A stretch of 63,949 bases of DNA, counting the filler, from Raillietiella orientalis (Eukaryota), in assembly GCA_036172245.1 (NCBI GenBank). It is 7 parts of 7 records of this genome, joined end to end, with 100 filler letters (N's around TTAATTAATTAA, not from the genome) between each part and the next. Parts side by side here need not be neighbours in the genome. Positions count along the whole stretch, not along the records: positions 28,988 to 38,324 come from JAYWIR010000281.1; positions 38,425 to 47,624 come from JAYWIR010000282.1; 5 more parts are not named here. One strand, given 5' to 3'. Shown here piece after piece: positions 35,989 through 47,724 of the stretch (position 1 is its first letter; every line of letters begins with the position of its first letter). The notes under the pieces were generated by a model. It worked only from the letters and a program-made list of their open reading frames with translations. It searched no databases and was not told the DNA's origin. The position numbers and the translations under genes were made by a program.

Positions 35989-38283
35989 GCGGACGTGTTT
36001 TTGTAGCGCTCCTCCGCGCTTGGTGTAAAGCGGTTGATTTCGATTGTGTTTGTGTGTGAAGCATCTGCGGTGTCCAATGGCAGAAATACCTGAGGACACC
36101 GCGATGGATATAGGAGGGGAGAGGCTTGCTCCTCTCCCCAACCCACGGAGGTGGGGGCAACCGCCCCCACGGAGGCGACGGCAGCCGCACCCCTGAAAAA
36201 GGGGGCAACCGCCGCCTCGGAAGTGAGGGCAAAGGCCCCCTTGTGAAAGGGTACAAAAGCCCCGCTGGAACAGGGTGCAACCGCTCCCTTGAAAAAGGGG
36301 ACAACCGCAACCCTGGAAAAGGGCGCAACCGCCTCCTTGAAAAAGGGGACACCTGCACCCTCGAATGCGTCTTCGGCATCGCCGAAGACCTGGAGTTCAG
36401 TAGCTGCAGCCCCATCCCCTGCAGCCCTCGCCGGGCAGAAAGCCTACCTTGAGCAGGGATACAAGCCGTCTCTGATATACAAGGTAGGCAATCTGTTTAT
36501 CGGGAACACCGCTCGCAACTTCGAAAGGGAGTTGCAGCGGTTGAATGTAAAAGAGGAAGACCTGGAAGGTCTATCCGTGTTGAGTGGTGGTCAACGGGTG
36601 GAGGTGACTTGCAGAAATGCAAGCCTTTCTCAACACCTCCTGAATACGCCAATCACACTGGAAGGCCGAAAGGTTTTCCCGGTAACGGAGGATCGCTCCG
36701 TGGTGACGCACCTCACGGGAGTCACCTTCCGCATGTCGAAAGCCGACGTGCAGGAGGAACTCGGAAAATACGGAACTGTTCACGCGCTATGGACCAAGCC
36801 CAACGTCTTGCAGAGTTACGGAAGATTGTTTAGTGGCATGGCTGGTGCGCGTGTAACCGTCCACGAAAACGGTGGGCTACCCCACAAACTAGACGTCGGC
36901 AACGAGACCGTCGACGTCTGGTACGTGGGCAAGCCCAAGTACTGTGGACACTGTGATGCCACAGGGCACCTGAAAAAGCGGTGCCCTCACATCCACTGTT
37001 TCCACTGTGAAGAGAAGGGCCACCTCCGCAAAGTGTGCCCGAAGCGCGAACCCCCGACTCCCGCTGCCTTGAAAAAGGCCAAAGGAAACGCGCTGGGGCT
37101 ACGGAAAAGCTTGCGAAGGCACCCGTGAGTCGGAATCCACAGCCGGAGCCCGAGCCCGTGCAGCGAACGCCGGTCGTGGAATCTACTGACAACGCTGAAA
37201 AGAGCAAAGGCTGGCAGAAGGCGAAGCCTAAAGCCAAGAAAATTAAGAAAACCGAAGGGTCGACAGCGGAACCCGCGACGTCTCCTTTAAATAGGAGACA
37301 ACGCCGCGCGTTCATCCGCGAATGTTCGGTCGCTATGGAGCGTGTGGAGATACCCGAGACCGCCACCGGGGGAGATATCCCCCGCGTCGACGCCGACGAT
37401 AACGCGATCACGGAAGGCGAACCCTCTGTGCAAACAGAGGGGGAACCGCGCGACGCGCTCGCCGCGATCGACGAGGCCGCCTTCCAGCAGGCGGCGGAAA
37501 AGCTCGCGGCCGAACTCGCCGACCGTGAGAACGGCGCGCGAAAGGCCTTGCGAAGGCCGGTCGCGACCAGGGCACCTGCGACAGGTGACCAAGACCCGGA
37601 TGCCGGAAGTGCGTCCTCTTCCACGGAGGCGCCTCCGAAGAAGACTGGACGGAAGTCCAAGAATCCCAAGAGGCGCATCCCGACGAAGAGCGAGGGGGAC
37701 GGACCGGCAGCCGAGGGGGAAGCCGGCAGAGTGGGAACGGAGGGAGGAATTTTCCCACCCTCCGCCACCGAGCAGCCGGCCACCCCCATGGAGGAGGGGG
37801 AGCAGGTAGTGCATTGCCTTTCCTTCCACCGGTGGAGCCTGCGGAAAAGATGGTCATGGAAGAGGGGGAGCAGACAGCTGATAACCGCTCCCCCCTGCCG
37901 TCCAACGCAGTCAAGGAATCGGCCCCCATGCAAGAGGGGAAGCAGGTGCGTGAAGCATGCTCCCTTCAACCGTTGCGGTCCGCCGAGGAATCGGCCCCCA
38001 TGGAGGTGGGAGAACTGCTGGGCGGTGCCCCCATGCCTCCATCCGTCCCGCCCGACCAGGTGGCGGGAGCCCCATTGCCACTTTCCCGGGAATAACACCT
38101 GGGCTCGCCTGTCGCCGTCGATTGCGTGTGGCATGTTGGAACGTCCACGGGCTGCGCGACGACAGCAACAGACGGGACACGGCAGCCACCCTGCGTGACT
38201 TCGACCTGGCACTCCTGCAGGAGATCCACGTGATCACCGGGGAGAACGCCCAGGAGATCGAGAGGATCGCAGGGGGGCGGCTG
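35989..38283 (+). mobile_element. E15: family A 5' half (5'UTR, frameshifted ORF1 from ATG 36077, start of EN)
   Basis: GCGGACGTG 5' end; ORF1 homologous to E2; WNVHGL, LQEIH. Confidence 0.9.
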
Positions 38284-38324
38284 GTTGTCACCCGGGTGCG
38301 CCGAGCGTTTATTATACACTATCC
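38284..38324 (-). mobile_element. E16: extreme 3' end of another element, antisense in E15 EN
   Basis: minus strand AATAAACGCTCGGCGCACCCGGGTGACAAC. Confidence 0.8.
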
Positions 38325-38424
38325 NNNNNNNNNNNNNNNNNNNNNNNNNNNNNNNNNNNNNNNNNNNNTTAATTAATTAANNNNNNNNNNNNNNNNNNNN
38401 NNNNNNNNNNNNNNNNNNNNNNNN
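38325..38424. other. artificial contig linker
   Basis: same 100-nt linker. Confidence 0.99.
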
Positions 38425-38447
38425 CTACCTTGTACCGCCACTCAATC

Positions 38448-38492
38448 AATTCTTATATAACATAGAACTTGCAATTCTATAAACTCAAGAAT
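38448..38492 (-). tRNA. trnC: mitochondrial tRNA-Cys(GCA), armless
   Basis: ATTCTTG-agttt-ATAGAA-ttGCAag-TTCTAT-gttata-TAAGAAT-t; next to trnY. Confidence 0.7.
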
Positions 38493-38508
38493 ATTTATAT
38501 TAAATTAA

Positions 38509-38568
38509 TGATAAAAGATTCCATCATTAATAAATTTACAATTTACCGCTCTTCTCAGCCATTTTACC
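38509..38568 (-). tRNA. trnY: mitochondrial tRNA-Tyr(GTA)
   Basis: GGTAAAA acceptor, D arm, gtaaa-ttGTAaa-tttat, 3-bp T arm. Confidence 0.88.
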
Positions 38569-38573
38569 ACCCT

Positions 38574-38627
38574 AAGATTATAAGTTAAATAAACTATTAA
38601 CCTTCAAAGTTAAAAATATAAAATCTT

Positions 38628-38628
<1 letters not shown>
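38574..38628 (+). tRNA. trnW: mitochondrial tRNA-Trp(TCA), T-armless
   Basis: agtt/aact D stem, ttaac-ctTCAaa-gttaa, TV-replacement loop. Confidence 0.88.
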
Positions 38629-40164
<1,536 letters not shown>

Positions 40165-40169
<5 letters not shown>

Positions 40170-40219
40170 TATGGCAGAATTAATGCACTGGACTTAAAAT
40201 CCATCAATAATATTTAGTA
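40165..40219 (+). tRNA. trnL2: mitochondrial tRNA-Leu(TAA), copy 1, T-armless
   Basis: TCTAATATGGCAGA start, tgga-ctTAAaa-tcca. Confidence 0.85.
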
Positions 40220-40227
40220 ATAAAAAT

Positions 40228-40632
40228 ATACTAAAAAAACTAATCTCCACCCTCAAAAACTTTTGGAATGCACTCCCATTACTTACACCCCTAATATATA
40301 CATTCCCATCTCTATCTATCATTTTCCTATTGAATAACAACTACATACCCCACCTAATTATCAAATTAACCATCAAGCAATGACTACAATCATGAAAACA
40401 TACAATTCGCAAAATCTTCAAATCCAAATCCAACATACTCGTCAAAAACCCTACAACCATTAATAAATATCCTTCATACACACAATGAGCCATAAAACAA
40501 CCCCATCGTATATCCCGTCTCACACCACAACCCATCATTAAACAAACAATTAATCTAACCAACTCATCTACCAATTATTTCCACAACACAAATTACATAA
40601 TAAATCAAAGTTCAACATGTCACATCCTCTAA
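40228..40632 (+). CDS. 134-aa mitochondrial ORF, diverged truncated cox2 paralog (possibly a pseudogene)
   Basis: open from ATA 40228 to TAA 40632 in code 5 (three TGA-Trp codons); ungapped match to cox2 TM2 region. Confidence 0.7.
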
Positions 40633-40679
40633 CCCCACACTCATAATTACCCATTAATCCACCCATCATAACTAAACAT

Positions 40680-40733
40680 ACTAACATAGCAATTCAATGC
40701 ACTGGACTTAAAATCCATCAATAATATTTAGCA
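40680..40733 (+). tRNA. trnL2: mitochondrial tRNA-Leu(TAA), copy 2
   Basis: 36 nt identical to copy 1 including anticodon arm; D stem gca/tgc retained. Confidence 0.75.
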
Positions 40734-41390
40734 ATAACATCACTCATATTTCAAAACGCATACTCCCCTCTCATAGAACACCTCATCCTACTACACGATT
40801 ACATCATAATTACTCTAACCATCATCTGTTTAATAATCCTGTACAACACTTTCATCTACCTTCACAATTCCTACACCAATTTCATATTACTCAAAAACCA
40901 CTTCATAGAACTCATCTGAACCTCCCTACCCTCACTCATCCTCCTACTAATCATACTCCCCTCCTTACACATCCTCTATCTCCTAGATACCAGCTACCTA
41001 CCCTCCCTAACTATTAAATCAATCGCCAATCAATGATTCTGAACATACGAATATTCAACTTTCAAAAAAACCAAATTCGACTCCTTCATAACACCAAACA
41101 GAAACCTTCTACGACTACTAGCTACAGACAACCACCTAATCTTACCTTATAATACAATAATTCGCATAATCATCACGTCATCAGACGTTCTTCATTCATG
41201 AACTATCCCATCCCTAGGAATCAAAATCGATGCCATTCCCGGACGACTTAACCAACAAGCCATCTTCCTAGACAAACCCGGCGTATTATTCGGCCAATGC
41301 TCCGAAATTTGCGGCATCAATCACAGATTCATACCCATCCAACTTAACTCAGTAAGAGCAAAAGATTTTATCCACATAATCAAAAATTAG
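40734..41390 (+). CDS. cox2: cytochrome c oxidase subunit 2
   Basis: [39 protein letters not shown]. Confidence 0.97.
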
Positions 41391-41448
41391 AATTTTAGTT
41401 AAAAAATAACAATAACTTGTCAAGTTGTAATTAGTAAAATAAATTCTA
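41389..41448 (+). tRNA. trnD: mitochondrial tRNA-Asp(GTC)
   Basis: AGAATTT/AAATTCT acceptor, ataac-ttGTCaa-gttgt. Confidence 0.88.
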
Positions 41449-41459
41449 GAATTTATTCA

Positions 41460-41606
41460 ATACCTCATTTAACACCAATATTCTGACTACCCCTATACAT
41501 CCTCTTTACTACCCTAACCATAAGCATAACCCTACTCATCCCTATCTACATTAGACCATCCCTATCCCATATACAACACAAAAGAAATACCAAATGACTA
41601 TGATAA
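41460..41606 (+). CDS. atp8: ATP synthase subunit 8
   Basis: MPHLTPMFW...KWLW then stop; ATGATAA 7-nt overlap with atp6. Confidence 0.88.
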
Positions 41607-42234
41607 ACTCCATCTTCACCCCCCTAGACCCCTATACTATAACCCCACCATATTTCATTCCTACTTCCATCGGTATCTTACTAATCATTTCCTATCCTAT
41701 ATGGTTAATACCGACAATATCCAAACTATCCATTGCCGAGCCAATAAAAATATTAACAAAACCATCAACAACAACCTACACCGTCAAACCACCACATCAA
41801 TTAAAATATTTATTGCCTTACTAACTACCATTGCCCTCCTAAACTTATCAAGACTTACCCCCTATACATTCCCCTCATCAGCCCATCTATTCCTATCAAT
41901 ATCCCTCGCCATCCCACTATGAACATCTAGACAAATATTCGCCATCATAAAAAATTACTCAAACTTCCTAGCCCATCTCACTCCCCAAGGAACCCCTCCT
42001 TCACTTTCTCCATTTATCCCCTTACTAGAAATCATCAGACTAATAATACAACCCATATCCCTATCACTACGATTAACAGCTAACATCACTACCGGACACA
42101 TCCTTATCGTTATACTCTCCGACAAACTCACAAATCTCATTCCATCCATTCCCATTATAATACTAGAAATCACCATAGCCTTTATTCAAGCTTATATTTT
42201 CACCACACTAACATCAATATACACAAAAAAATAA
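41600..42234 (+). CDS. atp6: ATP synthase subunit 6 (apparent 1-nt deletion, probably near 41750-41762)
   Basis: IFTPLDP, AHLTPQGTP, LRLTANITTGH, FIQAYIF. Confidence 0.92.
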
Positions 42235-42239
42235 CCACA

Positions 42240-43010
42240 ATAACAAACCACCAACCCTTCTTCATCCAACAATACAGACCTTGACCTATTCTTATCTCTA
42301 TATCACTCCCATCAATAACCCTCTCCCTAACATGCCTCATACACAAAATATACTCACCCATCATCCTATGTATTATAACCACAATTTTAAACATACTCCT
42401 CTGGGGAAAAGACATGAAACGAGAATCCTCATTTATCGGTATCCTTCCAATAAGAATAATAAAAACATTTAAATTTGCAATAATCATATTTATTATCTCA
42501 GAAATCTTCTTATTCGTCTCCTTCTTTTGATCATTCTTTCACTCTAGACTAAGAGTCAACCCACAATTTAGGCTTTCTTGGCCACCAGTTAGTCTCACCA
42601 TACCCGCAGCCATAGAAGTACCCCTATTTAATACCATCCTTTTACTAAGATCAGGCATTTCAGTAACATGAACACATCACTCCCTCCTAAAAAAAAATTA
42701 CTCCATCTCACTCCTCTCTCTACTCATTACCATTACAATAGGATCAATATTCCTTATGACTCAAGCCATAGAATATTTTATACTAAATTTCTCTATTGCA
42801 GACTCAATCTTTGGCTCAACATTCTTCATTGCAACAGGATTCCACGGCTTACATGTACTTGCCGGCCTCATTTGCCTCATTCTATCTATAACTCAAATCT
42901 TTTCACTCTCCATTACCAATATCCACCACCTGTCATTTGAACTCCCTCTTTGATACTGACATTTCGTAGATATTGTATGACTATTTCTATTCTTATTCAT
43001 ATACCTATAA
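42240..43010 (+). CDS. cox3: cytochrome c oxidase subunit 3
   Basis: SPWP, SEIFLFVSFFW, ATGFHGLHV, WYWHFVDIVW. Confidence 0.96.
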
Positions 43011-43014
43011 GTAT

Positions 43015-43069
43015 ACTCTTTTAGTATATACAGTACAAATAACTTCCAATTATTAAGAAATAAAGAGTA
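43015..43069 (+). tRNA. trnG: tRNA-Gly(TCC), T-armless
   Basis: ACTCTTT/AAAGAGT, aataa-ctTCCaa-ttatt. Confidence 0.88.
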
Positions 43070-43124
43070 ATTCTTCTAGTGTAAAACAACACATTATCCC
43101 TTCAAGATAAAAATCTTAAGAATT
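43070..43124 (+). tRNA. trnE: tRNA-Glu(TTC), T-armless
   Basis: gtgt/acac D stem, ttatc-ccTTCaa-gataa. Confidence 0.8.
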
Positions 43125-43177
43125 TGAGTTAAGCTTAAGCATATCACTGTTAATGATAATCAGTTCCCCAACTCAAA
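43124..43177 (+). tRNA. trnN: tRNA-Asn(GTT), T-armless
   Basis: TTGAGTT/AACTCAA, tatca-ctGTTaa-tgata. Confidence 0.85.
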
Positions 43178-43189
43178 TTTCCTACCAAT

Positions 43190-43244
43190 TGTCCACTATT
43201 TCCTAAGCACTTTCAACGCTTCGCTCTATATAAGCTAAAAAGAC
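43190..43244 (-). tRNA. trnF: tRNA-Phe(GAA), T-armless
   Basis: gctt/gagc D stem, aagcg-ttGAAag-tgctt. Confidence 0.82.
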
Positions 43245-43246
43245 CT

Positions 43247-43301
43247 AAAATTATAGTTAAAATAATAACATTTGTTTTGCAAACAAAAATTTCTAATTTT
43301 A
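43247..43301 (+). tRNA. trnA: tRNA-Ala(TGC), T-armless
   Basis: AAAATTA/TAATTTT, tttgt-ttTGCaa-acaaa. Confidence 0.87.
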
Positions 43302-43324
43302 CTCCAATCTATACATCTTACAAT

Positions 43325-43378
43325 GAGACAACATCAGGGACTTCTAATCCCTTAACAGTGGCCTACCATTTTGTCTCT
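43325..43378 (+). tRNA. trnS1: tRNA-Ser1(TCT), D-armless
   Basis: GAGACAA/TTGTCTC, aggga-ctTCTaa-tccct, T arm gtgg/ccat. Confidence 0.87.
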
Positions 43379-43389
43379 TCTACCAAGAA

Positions 43390-43722
43390 ATATTATTTTT
43401 ACCATCTCTACTTATTATCATCATCATTACCTCTCTTGCAATAATCATTAAAATTACACCTCAATTCAATTACAATACTTCAACTCCCTTTGAATGTGGA
43501 TTCGATCCAAAAAACAATGCACGCTTCCCATTCTCCATCCAATTTTTTTAATTACAATCATTTTCTTAATTTTCGATATTGAACTAGCCATCATTCTTCC
43601 CCTCCCACTCCTACCATTATCCCTCACACTCTCTTCAGCAATTGCATTAACATCACTAATTCTCTTCTTAATCTTAAGATTAAAATATGAACTTTACACT
43701 GGTTCCATTTCATGAATATTCT
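43390..43722 (+). CDS. nad3: NADH dehydrogenase subunit 3 (T-run at 43543-43549 one base short)
   Basis: PFECGFDP, RFPFSIQFF, FLIFDIE; probable incomplete T stop. Confidence 0.92.
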
Positions 43723-43723
43723 T

Positions 43724-43773
43724 AGACAAAAGTGATAACACAGTTAGTTTCGACCTAACCTTAAGTTCGTCTC
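43724..43773 (+). tRNA. trnR: tRNA-Arg(TCG), T-armless
   Basis: AGACAAA/TTCGTCT, gttag-ttTCGac-ctaac. Confidence 0.85.
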
Positions 43774-43937
43774 TTACTAGCACACTCCCGGAGATATGAC
43801 TCAACATAAAATTAAAAATCTTATTCCGTTTTGGATTCCGAGACAAATTAAACCCCGTTGCCCCCTCCATTATAACAATACAACCCCATAAAATACCAAC
43901 ACCAATTATAACCCAATCTAACTCCAACCATTTAATC

Positions 43938-45296
43938 TTAACTCCATAAAAAATCATTCACAAGAATCATTCACATTAAACAACACATAATAAAATAACC
44001 AATAAAATATTTACCTTCCATAACATTATACACAATACTCTTCTTACCTACAGTATCAATTACCCCCACATACCACACACCCCCTCACTCCATTCACCCC
44101 TTATCAACTATCTCCACCACCATGCCAACATACATTAATCAATTTCTCAACATCAACCCCCTTATCAACTTCAAACCCATAACTACCACTACCACATCCC
44201 CCCAGCTTACAAACAAACTTGCAATACCCACAAATAATAAACCAACAATTATTCTTACAATTGCTGCATATTTCTCTATAAAAAACAACACAAATCTTTC
44301 AACCTCCTCCACGACTAATATACCTCCTACTACCACTATAAAATTTAACCTCATTAATACAATATCCATAACTCGCAAATCTTGCCTTCCATCATGTATA
44401 TGAATAACTAATCCTGCACACATAAACATCAATGATTTAAACACAGCATGAATCAATAAATGATAATATACTAACACTCCTATACCTAACCCCAACCCCA
44501 TAAACATCATACCTAACTGCCTTAACGTTGAATATGCAATAATCTTCTTTACATCAACCTCTAATCTTCCCATTAATCCCGAATATACCCTCGTTAAAAG
44601 ACCCCCATAAATCACTACATTGCTCACCATCCCAATTTCATTAAATCGAATCATCAAATACACCCCCGCAGTTACTAACGTCGATGAATGAACTAAAGCC
44701 GACACTGGCGTTGGCGCAGCCATAGCCTCTGGTAATCACGCACTAAAAGGTAGCTGAGCACTTTTAGTCATTCTCATTAACACCACAATTCAAAAACATC
44801 AACCACCCGTATCTAACCTGCTAAACCTCCAAGTGCCCCTTATCAACAACCACCCAATACCTATCAATAAAATTCTATCTCCTACACGATTACTCAAAAA
44901 AGTAATTATACCCCCATAATTAGAATTACAATTTATATAAAAAATAACTAGACAATACGAAATAATACCCAGTCCATCTCAACCCAAAATAACAGTTACT
45001 AAACTACCACTCATAATTAACAATAACATCCTCACCACAAACCAAAACACTAACACAAAAAACCACTTCTTCTTCCACTCAATATACTCCCATCTATACA
45101 CCATCACTAAAAAAGAAATAACCATTACATACCTCATAAACAATAAACATTTATCATCCAAAATAAACAACAAACCTCATTCCATTCCCCCTAACCTTAT
45201 CAATGATCATTCCATCATCATCACCCTACCTCAACAAATAAATCACAAACTTACATTCACGGCTATCATCCTAGCCAATACCACTATATAATTCAA
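43938..45296 (-). CDS. nad5: NADH dehydrogenase subunit 5, 452 aa, with in-frame internal deletion
   Basis: GWDGLG, AMAAPTPVSALVHSSTLVTAGVY, KKIIAYST, HAVFKSL, DKGWME. Confidence 0.92.
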
Positions 45297-45351
45297 AGCC
45301 AACAACTACCTACGATACCACAAATCGTTATTCTTATTAAACTATCTTGAC
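45297..45351 (-). tRNA. trnH: tRNA-His(GTG), T-armless
   Basis: acgat-ttGTGgt-atcgt, canonical position between nad5 and nad4. Confidence 0.85.
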
Positions 45352-46617
45352 ATCAACATAAAAATATTATTATCCTTACTACCCTAGCCACCATGCACAT
45401 TATAACAACATAAAAATCTTTCATCATTAATATAAAATTTACATCCATTGCTATATCCCCATGACACAATATTCTTAACATATACATTCTATAACCTCCC
45501 CCAACTATAGTAATAATACCTAAATACAACACCACATACATCACCACATTCACCATCCCCATATACATTATAATTTCACCTAACAAACCCAATCTTAAAG
45601 GACATGATATATTTAAAAAACACAATACCATAATCAAACCTCCTATCCTACTACAACTCAACCTCATTCCACCCCTCAAGTACATCGACCGTCTCCCCAA
45701 TAACTCAAACACTAAACCACTAATAAAAAATAAACCAGAAGATACATATCCATGTGCCACCATCATTAAAACACACCCTATTAAACCCATCTCACCTCCT
45801 ACTAATCTCCCTCCTACGATTGCTCTCATATGACAAATTGATGAATAAGCCATAATTACTTTATAATCTACTTGTCGAAAACACATTAAACCACTTACTA
45901 CACCACCCACTATTCTCACCCCCATCAGTCACAATCTTATAACCCCATAATTATACTTTACAAACAATCGTACTATTCCATAAACCCCTAATTTCAACAT
46001 AACTCCAGCAAGAATTATAGAACCATAAGAAATAGACTCCACATGAGCCTTTGGAAGCCACAAATGAACTCCATAAACTGGCAATTTTACAAAAAAAACC
46101 CCCACCAATACTAAACCTTCCAACCCCATTTTTTCGTCCAATATTCTAACAACTAATCTATCATCTACAAAATTAACAATACCAATTAAAAATCACAAAG
46201 ACATAAAAACCGTATAAACAAATATATAAACACTAGCTCTAAACCGCTCCCTTTGATAGCCCCATCAAACAACAATTAAAACCATAGGAATTATTCTACC
46301 TTCAAAAAACACATAAAACATAAAAAAATCAACTCTCACAAACCTGTAAATTACAAACACACCCAAAATCAACACCGCCACTTTCAACGCCACTTCCCCA
46401 TTAACACCCGTACTACTTTGCATCACTAAAAAAACAACACCACACTTATCAATAACAAGCAATATCTCACCCTATCAACCATGCCACCCCCACCCAAACA
46501 TTGCTCCTTACATATACACCCCATAACTCACAAAAACATAATACCCCAACACACCATCCCCCAGCCATACCCAATACCTACCCTCATAAATAACATAAAC
46601 ACCATAATTCCTAACAT
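45352..46617 (-). CDS. nad4: NADH dehydrogenase subunit 4 (homopolymer at 46428-46434 one base short)
   Basis: [34 protein letters not shown] overlap with nad4L; incomplete T stop. Confidence 0.93.
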
Positions 46618-46895
46618 CCAATAATACTAATAGATTTACAATAATCACTACCAACACTTCGACTAATAAGAACAATCAAACACAACCCCATAGCCCCCTC
46701 ACAAATACTCGACACCATTATAAACAAAATTTCATGCCCACTACCGCTTACACTTATCTCCTCCAAAAAAAAATAACCCAAACCACCTAACATTATCATT
46801 TCTAACCTCAATAACCTTCTTAAAACATGCCGCTTATTCATAAAGAATCTCCATAAACCTAATATAAATACAATTACTATACCTATTTCTACCAC
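46611..46895 (-). CDS. nad4L: NADH dehydrogenase subunit 4L
   Basis: HVLSSLLSLE, ICEGAMGL, GSDY. Confidence 0.9.
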   Translation of the reverse strand: MVEIGIVIVFILGLWRFFMNKRHVLRRLLRLEMIMLGGLGYFFLEEISVSGSGHEILFIMVSSICEGAMGLCLIVLISRSVGSDYCKSISIIGC

Positions 46896-46955
46896 TAATT
46901 TTAGTCCTGGACTATCTATCAATAAATCTCCAGAGCATAGTCATTAACCCCTTGC

Positions 46956-47390
46956 ATACTCATAATTACAATTACATCACTCCTCTACTGCTCATATACA
47001 AACCCAATAATTATAGCTTTATTTCTCGCAATAACTTCATTAACCATTGCCATCACTATCAACCTTCTTTCTATGTCATCATGATACGCCATTATCATAT
47101 TTCTCATCTACGTCGGAGGAATCTTAATCATCTTCTCTTACATAACATCCCTAACATATAATGAACTATCTACATTCAACAAAACCCCACTCATCCTCAC
47201 TCCCCTACTACTCCTCTTACCTCATTCATTCCAGCCTACCTTTCCCTCCTCATCATATACATCAAAAATTATATTATCACTATTTAACATTCCAATAACT
47301 TGATTTCTCATATCCTTCCTAATATTAACATTAATCATTATTCCATACATAACCTTACAAAATAAAGCACCACTCCGTTCCCTCCTATAA
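46956..47390 (+). CDS. nad6: NADH dehydrogenase subunit 6
   Basis: SSWYAIIMFLIYVGGILIIFSYMTSL, C-terminal PLR. Confidence 0.9.
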
Positions 47391-47624
47391 TAACAAACCT
47401 TAATAAAAAACTCAAACATATAATCAATTTACCCATACCATCAAATATTTCCTACTCATGAAATCTAGGCTCTATAATAGGAATCCTTTTAATTACTCAA
47501 CTAATTACAGGCATTATTATCTCCATGCACTACACCCCCCACACCTCAGAAGCCTTTTCATCAATCATCAATATAATACACAATACCAACAACGGATGAC
47601 TCATACGTTATATTCACGCCAACA
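47390..47624 (+). CDS. cob: cytochrome b, 5' part
   Basis: LPMPSNISYSWNLGS, MHYTP, GWLMRYIHAN. Confidence 0.93.
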
Positions 47625-47724
47625 NNNNNNNNNNNNNNNNNNNNNNNNNNNNNNNNNNNNNNNNNNNNTTAATTAATTAANNNNNNNNNNNNNNNNNNNN
47701 NNNNNNNNNNNNNNNNNNNNNNNN
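47625..47724. other. artificial contig linker
   Basis: same 100-nt linker. Confidence 0.99.

Noticed and set aside
36830..38212. Long antisense ORFs over ORF1 (also 15872-17062 and 24567-25478)
   Set aside because: Shadow frames of GC-rich low-complexity coding sequence with no recognisable motifs.
38449..38493. Plus-strand reading of the armless tRNA as Ala(TGC)
   Set aside because: The minus strand gives a G-U pair instead of an A-C mismatch, lies beside trnY as expected for trnC, and a separate trnA exists at 43247.
40341..40574. Minus-strand ORF as the relocated missing piece of nad5
   Set aside because: It has no GFYSKD-like motif and is the antisense of the cox2-like ORF.
41750..46434. 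Programmed frameshifts or RNA editing in atp6, nad3 and nad4
   Set aside because: Each gene is one base short; in nad3 and nad4 the loss is in a 7-base run, and in atp6 it is near A runs. Homopolymer undercalling is the simpler explanation.
46896..46955. trnT or trnP between nad4L and nad6
   Set aside because: Only a short hairpin (TAGTCCTGGACTA) is present, without a 7-nt anticodon loop or acceptor stem.
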